Position numbers and translations under genes: made by a program. From Eledone cirrhosa (taxonomy: Eukaryota), in NCBI GenBank assembly GCA_964016885.1, contig OZ024762.1, positions 29,140,001-29,204,000 on the forward strand: DNA of 64,000 bases, read 5' to 3'. Shown here in pieces: positions 29,401 through 44,828 of this stretch (positions are counted from its first letter, which is position 1; each line of letters begins with the position of its first letter). The notes beneath the pieces were generated by a model. The model saw only the letters and a program-made list of their open reading frames with translations, had not been told where the DNA came from and made no database searches.

Positions 29401-31312
29401 CTCTCTCAACACATCACATGTACATACCATCTTAGTCTTCTCTCGCACAAACCACAATTTATCCCTCTTATACCCAGTTTCTCTCTCAACTCATCACATG
29501 TCCATACCATCTCAGTCTTCTCTCCCACACATTACAACTTATGCCTCTTATACACAGTTTCACACTCAACACATCACATGTCCATACCATCGCAGCCTTC
29601 TCTCCCACACACCACAACTTATCCCTCTTATACCCAGTTTCTCTCTCAATACATCACATGTTCATACCATCGCAGCCTTCTCTCCCACACACCACAACTT
29701 ATCCCTCTTATACCCAGTTTCTCTCTCAACATATCACATGTCCATACCATCTCAGTCTTCTCTCCCACACACTACAACTTATCCCTCTTATACACAGTTT
29801 CTCTCTCAACACATCATATGTCCATACCATCTCAGTCTTCTCTCCCACACACCACAACTTATCCCTCTTATACACAGTTTCTCCCTCAACACATCACATG
29901 TCCATACCATCTCAGTCTTCTCTCCCACACACTACAACTTATCCCTCTTATACACAGTTTCTCTCTCAACGCATCACCTGTCCATTCCATCTCAGTCTTC
30001 TCTCCCACACACCACAACTTATCCCTCTTATACACAGTTTCTCTCTCAACACATCACATGTCTATACCATCTCAGTCTTCTCTCCCACACACCACAACTT
30101 ATCCCTCTTATACACAGTTTCTCTCTCAACACATCACATGTCGATACCATCTCAGTCTTCTCTCCCAATCACTACAACGTATCCCTCTTATACACAGTTA
30201 ATCTCTCAACACATCACATGTCCATGCCATCTCAGTCTTCTCTCCCACTCACTACAACTTATCCCTCTTATACACAGTTTCTCTCTCAACACATCACATG
30301 TCCATACCATCTCAGTCTTCTCTCCCACACACCACAACTTATCCCTCTTATACCCAGTTTCTCCCTCAACACATCACATGTCCATACCATCTCAGTCTTC
30401 TCTCCCACACACTACAACTTATCTCTCTAATACACAGTTTCTCTCTCAACGCATCACATGTCCATTCCATCTCAGTCTTCTCTCCCACACACTACAACTT
30501 ATCCCTCTTTTACACAGTTTCTCTCTCAACACATCACATGTCCATTCCATCTCAGTCTTCTCTCCCTCACACCACAACTTATCCCTCTTATACACAGTTA
30601 ATCTCTTAACACATCACATGTCCATACCATCACAGTCTTCTCTCCCACACACTACAACTTATCCCTCTTATACACAGTTTCTCTCTCAACACATCACATA
30701 TCCATACCACCTCAGTCTTCTCTCCCACACACCACAACTTAACCCTCTTATACACAGTTTCTCTCTCAACACAAAATGTCCATACCATCTCAGTCATCTC
30801 TCTCACACACTACGACTTATCCCTCTTATACACAGTTTCTCTCTCAACACATCACATGTCCATACCACCTCAGTCATCTCTCCCACACACCACAACTTAT
30901 CCCTCTTATACCCAGTTTCTCTCTCAACTCATCACATGTCCATACCATCTCAGTCTTCTCTCCCACACACTACAACTTATCCCTCTTATACACAGTTTCT
31001 CTCTCAACACATCACATGTCCATACCACCTCAGTGATCTCTCCCACACACCACAACTTATCCCTCTTATACACAGTTTCTCTCTGAACACATCACAAATC
31101 CATACCACCTCAGTCTTCTCTCCCACACACCACAACTTATCCCTCTTATACACAGTTTCTCTCTCAACACATCACATGTCCATAGCATCTCAGTCATCTC
31201 TCTAACACACTACGACTTATCCCTCTTATACACAGTTTCTCTCTCAACACATCACATGTCCATTCCATCTCAGTCTTCTCTCCCACACACCACAACTTAT
31301 CCCTCTTATACC

Positions 31313-32512
31313 CAGTTTCTCTCTCAACACATCACATGTCCATACCACCTCAGTCTCCTGTCCCGTACACTACATTCTATCCTTCTCAGACACAGTTTCT
31401 CTCTCAACACATCACATGTCCATACCACCTCAATCTCCTCTCCCGTACACTACATTCTATCCCTCTCAGACACAGTTTCTCTCTCAACACATCACATGTC
31501 CATACCACCTCAGTCTCCTCTCCCGTACACTACATTCTATCCCTCTCAGACACAGTTTCTCTCTCAACACATCACATGTCCATACCACCTCAGTCTCCTG
31601 TCCCGTACACTACATTCTATCCTTCTCAGACACAGTTTCTCTCTCAACACATTACATGTCCATACCACCTCAGTCTCCTCTCCCGTACACTACATTCTAT
31701 CCCTCTCAGACACAGTTTCTCTCTCAACACATCACATGTCCATACCACCTCAGTCTCCTCTCCCGTACACTACATTCTATGCCTCTCAGACACAGTTTCT
31801 CTCTCAACACATCACATGTCCATACCACCTCAGTCTCCTGTCCCGTACACTACATTCTATCCTTCTCAGACACAGTTTCTCTCTCAACACATCACATGTC
31901 CATACCACCTCAGTCTCCTCTCCCGTACACTACATTCTATCCCTCTCAGACACAGTTTCTCTCTCAACACATCACATGTCCATACCACCTCAGTCTCCTC
32001 TCCCGTACACTACATTCTATCCTTCTCAGATACAGTTTCTCTCTCAACACATTACATGTCCATACCACCTCAGTCTCCTCTGCCGTACACTACATTCTAT
32101 CCCTCTCAGACACAGTTTCTCTCTCAACACATCACATGTCTATACCTCCTCAGTCTCCTCTCCTGTACACTACATTCTATCCCTCTCAGACACAGTTTCT
32201 CTCTCAACACATTACATGTCCATACCACCTCAGTCTCCTCTCCCGTACACTACATTCTATCCTTCTCAGACACAGTTTCTCTCTCAACACATTACATGTC
32301 CATACCACCTCAGTCTCCTCTCCCGTACACTACATTCTATCCCTCTCAGATACAGTTTCTCTCTCAACACATCACATGTCCATACCACCTCAGTCTCCTC
32401 TCCCGTACACTACATTCTATCCCTCTCAGATACAGTTTCTCTCTCAACACATTACATGTCCATACCACCTCAGTCTCCTCTCCCGTACACTACATTCTAT
32501 CCCTCTCAGATA
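31313..32512. repeat. Type-B block 2 (15 monomers)
   Basis: Diagnostic B substitutions. Starts with the same CTCCTGTCCCGTA then CTCAATCTCC monomer order as block 1. Confidence 0.92.
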
Positions 32513-35500
32513 CAGTTTCTCTCTCAACACGTCACATGTCCATACCACCTCAGTCTCCTCTCCCACACACCACAACTTATCCCTCTTATACACAGTTTCT
32601 CTCTCAACACATCACATGTTCATACCATCTCAGTCTCCTCTCCCACACACCACAACTTATCCCTCTTATACACAGTTTCTCTGTCAACACATCACATGTC
32701 CATACCATCTCAGTCATCTCTCCCACACACTACAACTTATCCCTCTTATACACAGTTTCTCTCTCAACTCATCACATGTCCATTCCATCTCAGTCTTCTC
32801 TCCCACACACCACAACTTATCCCTCTTATACACAGTTTCTCTCTCAACACATCACATGTCCAAACCATCTCAGTCTTCTCCCCCACACACTACAACTTAT
32901 CCCTCTTATACACAGTTTCTCTATCAACACATCACATGTCCATACCACCTCAGTCTTCTCTCCTGTACACTACAACTTATCCCTCTTATACACAGTTTCT
33001 CTCTCAACACATCACATGTCCATACCATCTCAGTCTTCTCTCCCACACACTATAACTTATCCCTCTGATACACAGTTTCTCTCTCAACACATCACATGTC
33101 CATACCATCTCAGTCTTCTCTCCCACACACTACAACTTATGCCTCTTATACACAGTTTCTCTCTCAACACATCACATGTCCATACCACCTCAGTCATCTC
33201 TCCCATACACCACAACTTATCCCTCTTATACCTAGTTTCTCTCTCAACTCATCACACGTCCATACCACCTCAGTCTTCTCTCCCACACACCACAACTTAT
33301 CCCTCTTATACGCAGTTTCTCTCTCAACTCATCACATGTCCATACCGTCTCAGTCTTTTCTCCCACACACCACAACTTATCCCTCTTATACCCAGTTTCT
33401 CTCTCAACTCATCACATGTCCATACCATCTCAGTCTTCTCTCCCACACACTACAACTTATCCCACTTATACACAGTTTCTCTCTCAACACATCACATGTC
33501 CATACCACCTCAGTCATCTCTCACACACACCACAACTTATCCCTCTTATACCCAGTTTCTTTCTCAACACATCACATGTCCATACCACCTCAGTCATCTC
33601 TCCCACACACCACAACTTATCCCTCTTATACCCAGTTTCTCTCTCAACTCATCACATGTCCATACCATCTCAGTCTTCTCTCCCACACACTACAACTTAT
33701 CCCTCTTATACACAGTTTCTCTCTCAACGCATCACATGTCCATACCAGCTCAGTGATCTCTCCCACACACCACAACTTATCCCTCTTATACACAGTTTCT
33801 CTCTCAACACATCACATATCCATTCCATCTCAGTCTTCTCTCCCACACACCACAACTTATCCCTCTTATACCCAGTTTCTCTCTCAACACATCACATGTC
33901 CATACCACCTCAGTCATCTCTCCCACACACCACAACTTATCCCTCTTATACACAGTTTCTCTCTCAACTCATCACATGTCCATACCACCTCAGTCATCTC
34001 TCCCACACACCACAACTTATCCCTCTTATACACAGTTTCTCTCTCAACACATCACATGTCCATACCATCTCAATCTTCTCTCCCACACACCACAACTTAT
34101 CCCTCTTATACACAGTTAATCTCTCAACACATCACATGACCATACCACCTCAGTCATCTCTCTCACACACCACAACTTATCCCTCTTATACACAGTTTCT
34201 CTCTGAACACATCACATGTCCATACCACCTCAGTCTTCTCTCCCACACACCACAACTTATCCCTCTTATACACAGTTTCTCTCTGAACACATCACATGTC
34301 CATACCACCTCAGTCATCTCTCCCACACACCACAACTTATCCCTCTTATACACAGTTTCTCTCTCAACACTTCACATGTCCATACCATCTCAATCTTCTC
34401 TCCCACACACCACAACTTATCCCTCTTATACACAGTTAATCTCTCAACACATCACATGACCATACCACCTCAGTCATCTCTCTCACACACCACAACTTAT
34501 CCCTCTTATACCCAGTTTCTCTCTCAACACATCACATGTCCATACCACCTCAGTCTTCTCTCCCACACACCACAACTTATCCCTCTTATACACAGTTTCT
34601 CTCTCAACACATCACATGTCCATACCACCTCAGTCATCTCTCCCACACACCACAACTTATCCCTCTTATACACAGTTTCTCTCTCAACACATCACATGTC
34701 CATTCCATCTCAGTCTTCTCTCCCACACACTACAACTTATCCCTCTGATACCCAGTTTCTCTCTCAACACATCACATGTCCATACCATCTCAGTCTTCTC
34801 TCCCACACACCACAACTTATCCCTCTTATACAGAGTTTCTCTCTCAACACGTCACATGTCCATACCATCTCAGTCTTCTCTCCCACACACCACAACTTAT
34901 CCCTCTTATACCCAGTTTCTCCCTCAACACATCACATGTCCATACCATCCCAGTCTTCTCCTCCGCTCACTACAACTTATCCTTCTGATACACAGTTTCT
35001 CTCCCACACACCACAACTTATCTCTCTTATACACAGTTTCTCTCTCAACACATCACATGTACATACCATCTTAGTCTTCTCTCGCACAAACCACAATTTA
35101 TCCCTCTTATACCCAGTTTCTCTCTCAACTCATCACATGTCCATACCATCTCAGTCTTCTCTCCCACACATTACAACTTATGCCTCTTATACACAGTTTC
35201 ACACTCAACACATCACATGTCCATACCATCGCAGCCTTCTCTCCCACACACCACAACTTATCCCTCTTATACCCAGTTTCTCTCTCAATACATCACATGT
35301 TCATACCATCGCAGCCTTCTCTCCCACACACCACAACTTATCCCTCTTATACCCAGTTTCTCTCTCAACATATCACATGTCCATACCATCTCAGTCTTCT
35401 CTCCCACACACTACAACTTATCCCTCTTATACACAGTTTCTCTCTCAACACATCATATGTCCATACCATCTCAGTCTTCTCTCCCACACACCACAACTTA

Positions 35501-36951
35501 TCCCTCTTATACACAGTTTCTCCCTCAACACATCACATGTCCATACCATCTCAGTCTTCTCCCCCACACACTACAACTTATCCCTCTTATACACAGTTTC
35601 TCTCTCAACGCATCACCTGTCCATTCCATCTCAGTCTTCTCTCCCACACACCACAACTTATCCCTCTTATACACAGTTTCTCTCTCAACACATCACATGT
35701 CTATACCATCTCAGTCGTCTCTCCCACACACCACAACTTATCCCTCTTATACACAGTTTCTCTCTCAACACATCACATGTCGATACCATCTCAGTCTTCT
35801 CTCCCAATCACTACAACGTATCCCTCTTATACACAGTTAATCTCTCAACACATCACATGTCCATGCCATCTCAGTCTTCTCTCCCACTCACTACAACTTA
35901 TCCCTCTTATACACAGTTTCTCTCTCAACACATCACATGTCCATACCATCTCAGTCTTCTCTCCCACACACCACAACTTATCCCTCTTATACCCAGTTTC
36001 TCCCTCAACACATCACATGTCCATACCATCTCAGTCTTCTCTCCCACACACTACAACTTATCTCTCTAATACACAGTTTCTCTCTCAACGCATCACATGT
36101 CCATTCCATCTCAGTCTTCTCTCCCACACACTACAACTTATCCCTCTTTTACACAGTTTCTCTCTCAACACATCACATGTCCATTCCATCTCAGTCTTCT
36201 CTCCCTCACACCACAACTTATCCCTCTTATACACAGTTAATCTCTTAACACATCACATGTCCATACCATCACAGTCTTCTCTCCCACACACTACAACTTA
36301 TCCCTCTTATACACAGTTTCTCTCTCAACACATCACATATCCATACCACCTCAGTCTTCTCTCCCACACACCACAACTTAACCCTCTTATACACAGTTTC
36401 TCTCTCAACACAAAATGTCCATACCATCTCAGTCATCTCTCTCACACACTACGACTTATCCCTCTTATACACAGTTTCTCTCTCAACACATCACATGTCC
36501 ATACCACCTCAGTCATCTCTCCCACACACCACAACTTATCCCTCTTATACCCAGTTTCTCTCTCAACTCATCACATGTCCATACCATCTCAGTCTTCTCT
36601 CCCACACACTACAACTTATCCCTCTTATACACAGTTTCTCTCTCAACACATCACATGTCCATACCACCTCAGTGATCTCTCCCACACACCACAACTTATC
36701 CCTCTTATACACAGTTTCTCTCTGAACACATCACAAATCCATACCACCTCAGTCTTCTCTCCCACACACCACAACTTATCCCTCTTATACACAGTTTCTC
36801 TCTCAACACATCACATGTCCATAGCATCTCAGTCATCTCTCTCACACACTACGACTTATCCCTCTTATACACAGTTTCTCTCTCAACACATCACATGTCC
36901 ATTCCATCTCAGTCTTCTCTCCCACACACCACAACTTATCCCTCTTATACC

Positions 36952-38551
36952 CAGTTTCTCTCTCAACACATCACATGTCCATACCACCTCAGTCTCCTGT
37001 CCCGTACACTACATTCTATCCTTCTCAGACACAGTTTCTCTCTCAACACATCACATGTCCATACCACCTCAATCTCCTCTCCCGTACACTACATTCTATC
37101 CCTCTCAGACACAGTTTCTCTCTCAACACATCACATGTCCATACCACCTCAGTCTCCTCTCCCGTACACTACATTCTATCCCTCTCAGACACAGTTTCTC
37201 TCTCAACACATCACATGTCCATACCACCTCAGTCTCCTGTCCCGTACACTACATTCTATCCTTCTCAGACACAGTTTCTCTCTCAACACATTACATGTCC
37301 ATACCACCTCAGTCTCCTCTCCCGTACACTACATTCTATCCCTCTCAGACACAGTTTCTCTCTCAACACATCACATGTCCATACCACCTCAGTCTCCTCT
37401 CCCGTACACTACATTCTATGCCTCTCAGACACAGTTTCTCTCTCAACACATCACATGTCCATACCACCTCAGTCTCCTGTCCCGTACACTACATTCTATC
37501 CTTCTCAGACACAGTTTCTCTCTCAACACATCACATGTCCATACCACCTCAGTCTCCTCTCCCGTACACTACATTCTATCCCTCTCAGACACAGTTTCTC
37601 TCTCAACACATCACATGTCCATACCACCTCAGTCTCCTCTCCCGTACACTACATTCTATCCTTCTCAGATACAGTTTCTCTCTCAACACATTACATGTCC
37701 ATACCACCTCAGTCTCCTCTGCCGTACACTACATTCTATCCCTCTCAGACACAGTTTCTCTCTCAACACATCACATGTCTATACCTCCTCAGTCTCCTCT
37801 CCTGTACACTACATTCTATCCCTCTCAGACACAGTTTCTCTCTCAACACATTACATGTCCATACCACCTCAGTCTCCTCTCCCGTACACTACATTCTATC
37901 CTTCTCAGACACAGTTTCTCTCTCAACACATTACATGTCCATACCACCTCAGTCTCCTCTCCCGTACACTACATTCTATCCCTCTCAGATACAGTTTCTC
38001 TCTCAACACATCACATGTCCATACCACCTCAGTCTCCTCTCCCGTACACTACATTCTATCCCTCTCAGATACAGTTTCTCTCTCAACACATTACATGTCC
38101 ATACCACCTCAGTCTCCTCTCCCGTACACTACATTCTATCCCTCTCAGATACAGTTTCTCTCTCAACACATTACATGTCCATACCACCTCAGTCTCCTCT
38201 CCCGTACACTACATTCTATCCCTCTCAGATACAGTTTCTCTCTCAACACATCACATGTCCATACCACCTCAGTCTCCTCTCCCGTACACTACATTCTATC
38301 CCTCTCAGATACAGTTTCTCTCTCAACACATCACATGTCCATACCACCTCAGTCTATTCTCCCGTACACTACATTCTATCCCTCTCAGACACAGTTTCTC
38401 TCTCAACACATTACATGTCCATACCACCTCAGTCTCCTCTCCCGTACACTACATTCTATCCCTCTCAGACACAGTTTCTCTCTCAACACATCACATGTAC
38501 ATACCACCTCAGTCTCCTCTCCCGTACACTACATTATATCCTTCTCAGACA
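36952..38551. repeat. Type-B block 3 (20 monomers)
   Basis: Diagnostic B substitutions. Same first monomers and same last monomer (CATTATATCCTTCTCAG) as block 1. Confidence 0.92.
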
Positions 38552-41500
38552 CAGTTTCTCTCTCAACACGTCACATGTCCATACCACCTCAGTCTCCTCT
38601 CCCACACACCACAACTTATCCCTCTTATACACAGTTTCTCTCTCAACACATCACATGTTCATACCATCTCAGTCTCCTCTCCCACACACCACAACTTATC
38701 CCTCTTATACACAGTTTCTCTGTCAACACATCACATGTCCATACCATCTCAGTCATCTCTCCCACACACCACAACTTATCCCTCTTATACCCAGTTTCTA
38801 TCTCAACTCATCACATGCCTATTCCATCTCAGTCTTCTCTCCCACACACCACAACTTATCCCTCTTATACACAGTTTCTCTCTCAACTCATCACATGTCC
38901 ATTCCATCTCAGTCTTCTCTCCCACACACCACAACTTATCCCTCTTATACACAGTTTCTCTCTCAACACATCACATGTCCAAACCATCTCAGTCTTCTCC
39001 CCCACACACTACAACTTATCCCTCTTATACACAGTTTCTCTATCAACACATCACATGTCCATACCACCTCAGTCTTCTCTCCTGTACACTACAACTTATC
39101 CCTCTTATACACAGTTTCTCTCTCAACACATCACATGTCCATACCATTTCAGTCTTCTCTCCCACACACTATAACTTATCCCTCTGATACACAGTTTCTC
39201 TCTCAACACATCACATGTCCATACCATCTCAGTCTTCTCTCCCACACACTACAACTTATGCCTCTTATACACAGTTTCTCTCTCAACACATCACATGTCC
39301 ATACCACCTCAGTCATCTCTCCCATACACCACAACTTATCCCTCTTATACCTAGTTTCTCTCTCAACTCATCACATGTCCATTCCATCTCAGTCTTCTCT
39401 CCCACACACCACAACTTATCCCTCTGATACACAGTTTCTCTCTCAACTCATCACACGTCCATACCACCTCAGTCTTCTCTCCCACACACCACAACTTATC
39501 CCTCTTATACGCAGTTTCTCTCTCAACTCATCACATGTCCATACCGTCTCAGTCTTCTCTCCCACACACCACAACTTATCCCTCTTATACCCAGTTTCTC
39601 TCTCAACTCATCACATGTCCATACCATCTCAGTCTTCTCTCCCACACACTACAACTTATCCCACTTATACACAGTTTCTCTCTCAACACATCACATGTCC
39701 ATACCACCTCAGTCATCTCTCACACACACCACAACGTATCCCTCTTATACCCAGTTTCTTTCTCAACACATCACATGTCCATACCACCTCAGTCATCTCT
39801 CCCACACACCACAACTTATCCCTCTTATACCCAGTTTCTCTCTCAACTCATCACATGTCCATACCATCTCAGTCTTCTCTCCCACACACTACAACTTATC
39901 CCTCTTATACACAGTTTCTCTCTCAACGCATCACATGTCCATACCAGCTCAGTGATCTCTCCCACACACCACAACTTATCCCTCTTATACACAGTTTCTC
40001 TCTCAACACATCACATATCCATACCACCTCAGTCTTCTCTCCCACACACCACAACTTATCCCCCTTATACACAGTTTCTCTCTCAACACAAAATGTCCAT
40101 ACCATCTCAGTCATCTCTCTCACACACTACGACTTATCCCTCTTATACACAGTTTCTCTCTCAACACATCACATGTCCATACCATCTCAATCTTCTCTCC
40201 CACACACCACAACTTATCCCTCTTATACACAGTTTCTCTCTCAACTCATCACATGTCCATACCACCTCAGTCATCTCTCCCACACACCACAACTTATCCC
40301 TCTTATACACAGTTTCTCTCTCAACACATCACATGTCCATACCATCTCAATCTTCTCTCCCACACACCACAACTTATCCCTCTTATACACAGTTAATCTC
40401 TCAACACATCACATGACCATACCACCTCAGTCATCTCTCTCACACACCACAACTTATCCCTCTTATACACAGTTTCTCTCTCAACACATCACATGTCCAT
40501 ACCACCTCAGTCTTCTCTCCCACACACCACAACTTATCCCTCTTATACACAGTTTCTCTCTGAACACATCACATGTCCATACCACCTCAGTCATCTCTCC
40601 CACACACCACAACTTATCCCTCTTATACACAGTTTCTCTCTCAACACATCACATGTCCATACCATCTCAATCTTCTCTCCCACACACCACAACTTATCTC
40701 TCTTATACACAGTTAATCTCTCAACACATCACATGACCATACCACCTCAGTCATCTCTCTCACACACCACAACTTATCCCTCTTATACCCAGTTTCTCTC
40801 TCAACACATCACATGTCCATACCACCTCAGTCTTCTCTCCCACACACCACAACTTATCCCTCTTATACACAGTTTCTCTCTCAACACATCACATGTCCAT
40901 ACCACCTCAGTCATCTCTCCCACACACCACAACTTATCCCTCTTATACACAGTTTCTCTCTCAACACATCACATGTCCATTCCATCTCAGTCTTCTCTCC
41001 CACACACTACAACTTATCCCTCTGATACCCAGTTTCTCTCTCAACACATCACATGTCCATACCATCTCAGTCTTCTCTCCCACACACCACAACTTATCCC
41101 TCTTATACAGAGTTTCTCTCTCAACACGTCACATGTCCATACCATCTCAGTCTTCTCTCCCACACACCACAACTTATCCCTCTTATACCCAGTTTCTCCC
41201 TCAACACATCACATGTCCATACCATCCCAGTCTTCTCCTCCGCTCACTACAACTTATCCTTCTGATACACAGTTTCTCTCCCACACACCACAACTTATCT
41301 CTCTTATACACAGTTTCTCTCTCAACACATCACATGTACATACCATCTTAGTCTTCTCTCGCACAAACCACAATTTATCCCTCTTATACCCAGTTTCTCT
41401 CTCAACTCATCACATGTCCATACCATCTCAGTCTTCTCTCCCACACATTACAACTTATGCCTCTTATACACAGTTTCACACTCAACACATCACATGTCCA

Positions 41501-43068
41501 TACCATCGCAGCCTTCTCTCCCACACACCACAACTTATCCCTCTTATACCCAGTTTCTCTCTCAATACATCACATGTTCATACCATCGCAGCCTTCTCTC
41601 CCACACACCACAACTTATCCCTCTTATACCCAGTTTCTCTCTCAACATATCACATGTCCATACCATCTCAGTCTTCTCTCCCACACACTACAACTTATCA
41701 ATCTGATACCCAGTTTCTCTCTCAACACATCACATGTCCATACCATCTCAGTCTTCTCTCCCACACACTACAACTTATCCCTCTTATACACAGTTTCTCT
41801 CTCAACACATCATATGTCCATACCATCTCAGTCTTCTCTCCCACACACCACAACTTATCCCTCTTATACACAGTTTCTCCCTCAACACATCACATGTCCA
41901 TACCATCTCAGTCTTCTCTCCCACACACTACAACTTATCCCTCTTATACACAGTTTCTCTCTCAACGCATCACCTGTCCATTCCATCTCAGTCTTCTCTC
42001 CCACACACCACAACTTATCCCTCTTATACACAGTTTCTCTCTCAACACATCACATGTCTATACCATCTCAGTCTTCTCTCCCACACACCACAACTTATCC
42101 CTCTTATACACAGTTTCTCTCTCAACACATCACATGTCGATACCATCTCAGTCTTCTCTCCCAATCACTACAACGTATCCCTCTTATACACAGTTAATCT
42201 CTCAACACATCACATGTCCATGCCATCTCAGTCTTCTCTCCCACTCACTACAACTTATCCCTCTTATACACAGTTTCTCTCTCAACACATCACATGTCCA
42301 TACCATCTCAGTCTTCTCTCCCACACACCACAACTTATCCCTCTTATACCCAGTTTCTCCCTCAACACATCACATGTCCATACCATCTCAGTCTTCTCTC
42401 CCACACACTACAACTTATCTCTCTAATACACAGTTTCTCTCTCAACGCATCACATGTCCATTCCATCTCAGTCTTCTCTCCCACACACTACAACTTATCC
42501 CTCTTTTACACAGTTTCTCTCTCAACACATCACATGTCCATTCCATCTCAGTCTTCTCTCCCTCACACCACAACTTATCCCTCTTATACACAGTTAATCT
42601 CTTAACACATCACATGTCCATACCATCACAGTCTTCTCTCCCACACACTACAACTTATCCCTCTTATACACAGTTTCTCTCTCAACACATCACATATCCA
42701 TACCACCTCAGTCTTCTCTCCCACACACCACAACTTAACCCTCTAATACACAGTTTCTCTCTCAACACAAAATGTCCATACCATCTCAGTCATCTCTCTC
42801 ACACACTACGACTTATCCCTCTTATACACAGTTTCTCTCTCAACACATCACATGTCCATACCACCTCAGTCATCTCTCCCACACACCACAACTTATCCCT
42901 CTTATACCCAGTTTCTCTCTCAACTCATCACATGTCCATACCATCTCAGTCTTCTCTCCTACACACTACAACTTATCCCTCTTATACACAGTTTCTCTCT
43001 CAACACATCACATGTCCATACCACCTCAGTGATCTCTCCCACACACTACAACTTATCCCTCTTATACC

Positions 43069-44828
43069 CAGTTTCTCTCTCAACACATCACATGTCCATA
43101 CCACCTCAGTCTCCTGTCCCGTACACTACATTCTATCCTTCTCAGACACAGTTTCTCTCTCAACACATCACATGTCCATACCACCTCAATCTCCTCTCCC
43201 GTACACTACATTCTATCCCTCTCAGACACAGTTTCTCTCTCAACACATCACATGTCCATACCACCTCAGTCTCCTCTCCCGTACACTACATTCTATCCCT
43301 CTCAGACACAGTTTCTCTCTCAACACATCACATGTCCATACCACCTCAGTCTCCTGTCCCGTACACTACATTCTATCCTTCTCAGACACAGTTTCTCTCT
43401 CAACACATTACATGTCCATACCACCTCAGTCTCCTCTCCCGTACACTACATTCTATCCCTCTCAGACACAGTTTCTCTCTCAACACATCACATGTCCATA
43501 CCACCTCAGTCTCCTCTCCCGTACACTACATTCTATGCCTCTCAGACACAGTTTCTCTCTCAACACATCACATGTCCATACCACCTCAGTCTCCTGTCCC
43601 GTACACTACATTCTATCCTTCTCAGACACAGTTTCTCTCTCAACACATCACATGTCCATACCACCTCAGTCTCCTCTCCCGTACACTACATTCTATCCCT
43701 CTCAGACACAGTTTCTCTCTCAACACATCACATGTCCATACCACCTCAGTCTCCTCTCCCGTACACTACATTCTATCCTTCTCAGATACAGTTTCTCTCT
43801 CAACACATTACATGTCCATACCACCTCAGTCTCCTCTGCCGTACACTACATTCTATCCCTCTCAGACACAGTTTCTCTCTCAACACATCACATGTCTATA
43901 CCTCCTCAGTCTCCTCTCCTGTACACTACATTCTATCCCTCTCAGACACAGTTTCTCTCTCAACACATTACATGTCCATACCACCTCAGTCTCCTCTCCC
44001 GTACACTACATTCTATCCTTCTCAGACACAGTTTCTCTCTCAACACATTACATGTCCATACCACCTCAGTCTCCTCTCCCGTACACTACATTCTATCCCT
44101 CTCAGATACAGTTTCTCTCTCAACACATCACATGTCCATACCACCTCAGTCTCCTCTCCCGTACACTACATTCTATCCCTCTCAGATACAGTTTCTCTCT
44201 CAACACATTACATGTCCATACCACCTCAGTCTCCTCTCCCGTACACTACATTCTATCCCTCTCAGATACAGTTTCTCTCTCAACACATTACATGTCCATA
44301 CCACCTCAGTCTCCTCTCCCGTACACTACATTCTATCCCTCTCAGATACAGTTTCTCTCTCAACACATCACATGTCCATACCACCTCAGTCTCCTCTCCC
44401 GTACACTACATTCTATCCCTCTCAGATACAGTTTCTCTCTCAACACATCACATGTCCATACCACCTCAGTCTCCTCTCCCGTACACTACATTCTATCCTT
44501 CTCAGACACAGTTTCTCTCTCAACACATCACATGTCCATACCACCTCAGTCTATTCTCCCGTACACTACATTCTATCCCTCTCAGACACAGTTTCTCTCT
44601 CAACACATCACATGTCCATAACACCTCAGTCTCCTCTCCCGTACACTACATTCTATCCTTCTCAGAGACAGTTTCTCTCTCAACACATTACATGTCCATA
44701 CCACCTCAGTCTCCTCTCCCGTACACTACATTCTATCCCTCTCAGACACAGTTTCTCTCTCAACACATCACATGTACATACCACCTCAGTCTCCTCTCCC
44801 GTACACTACATTATATCCTTCTCAGACA
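43069..44828. repeat. Type-B block 4 (22 monomers)
   Basis: Diagnostic B substitutions with a conserved variant order. Confidence 0.92.
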
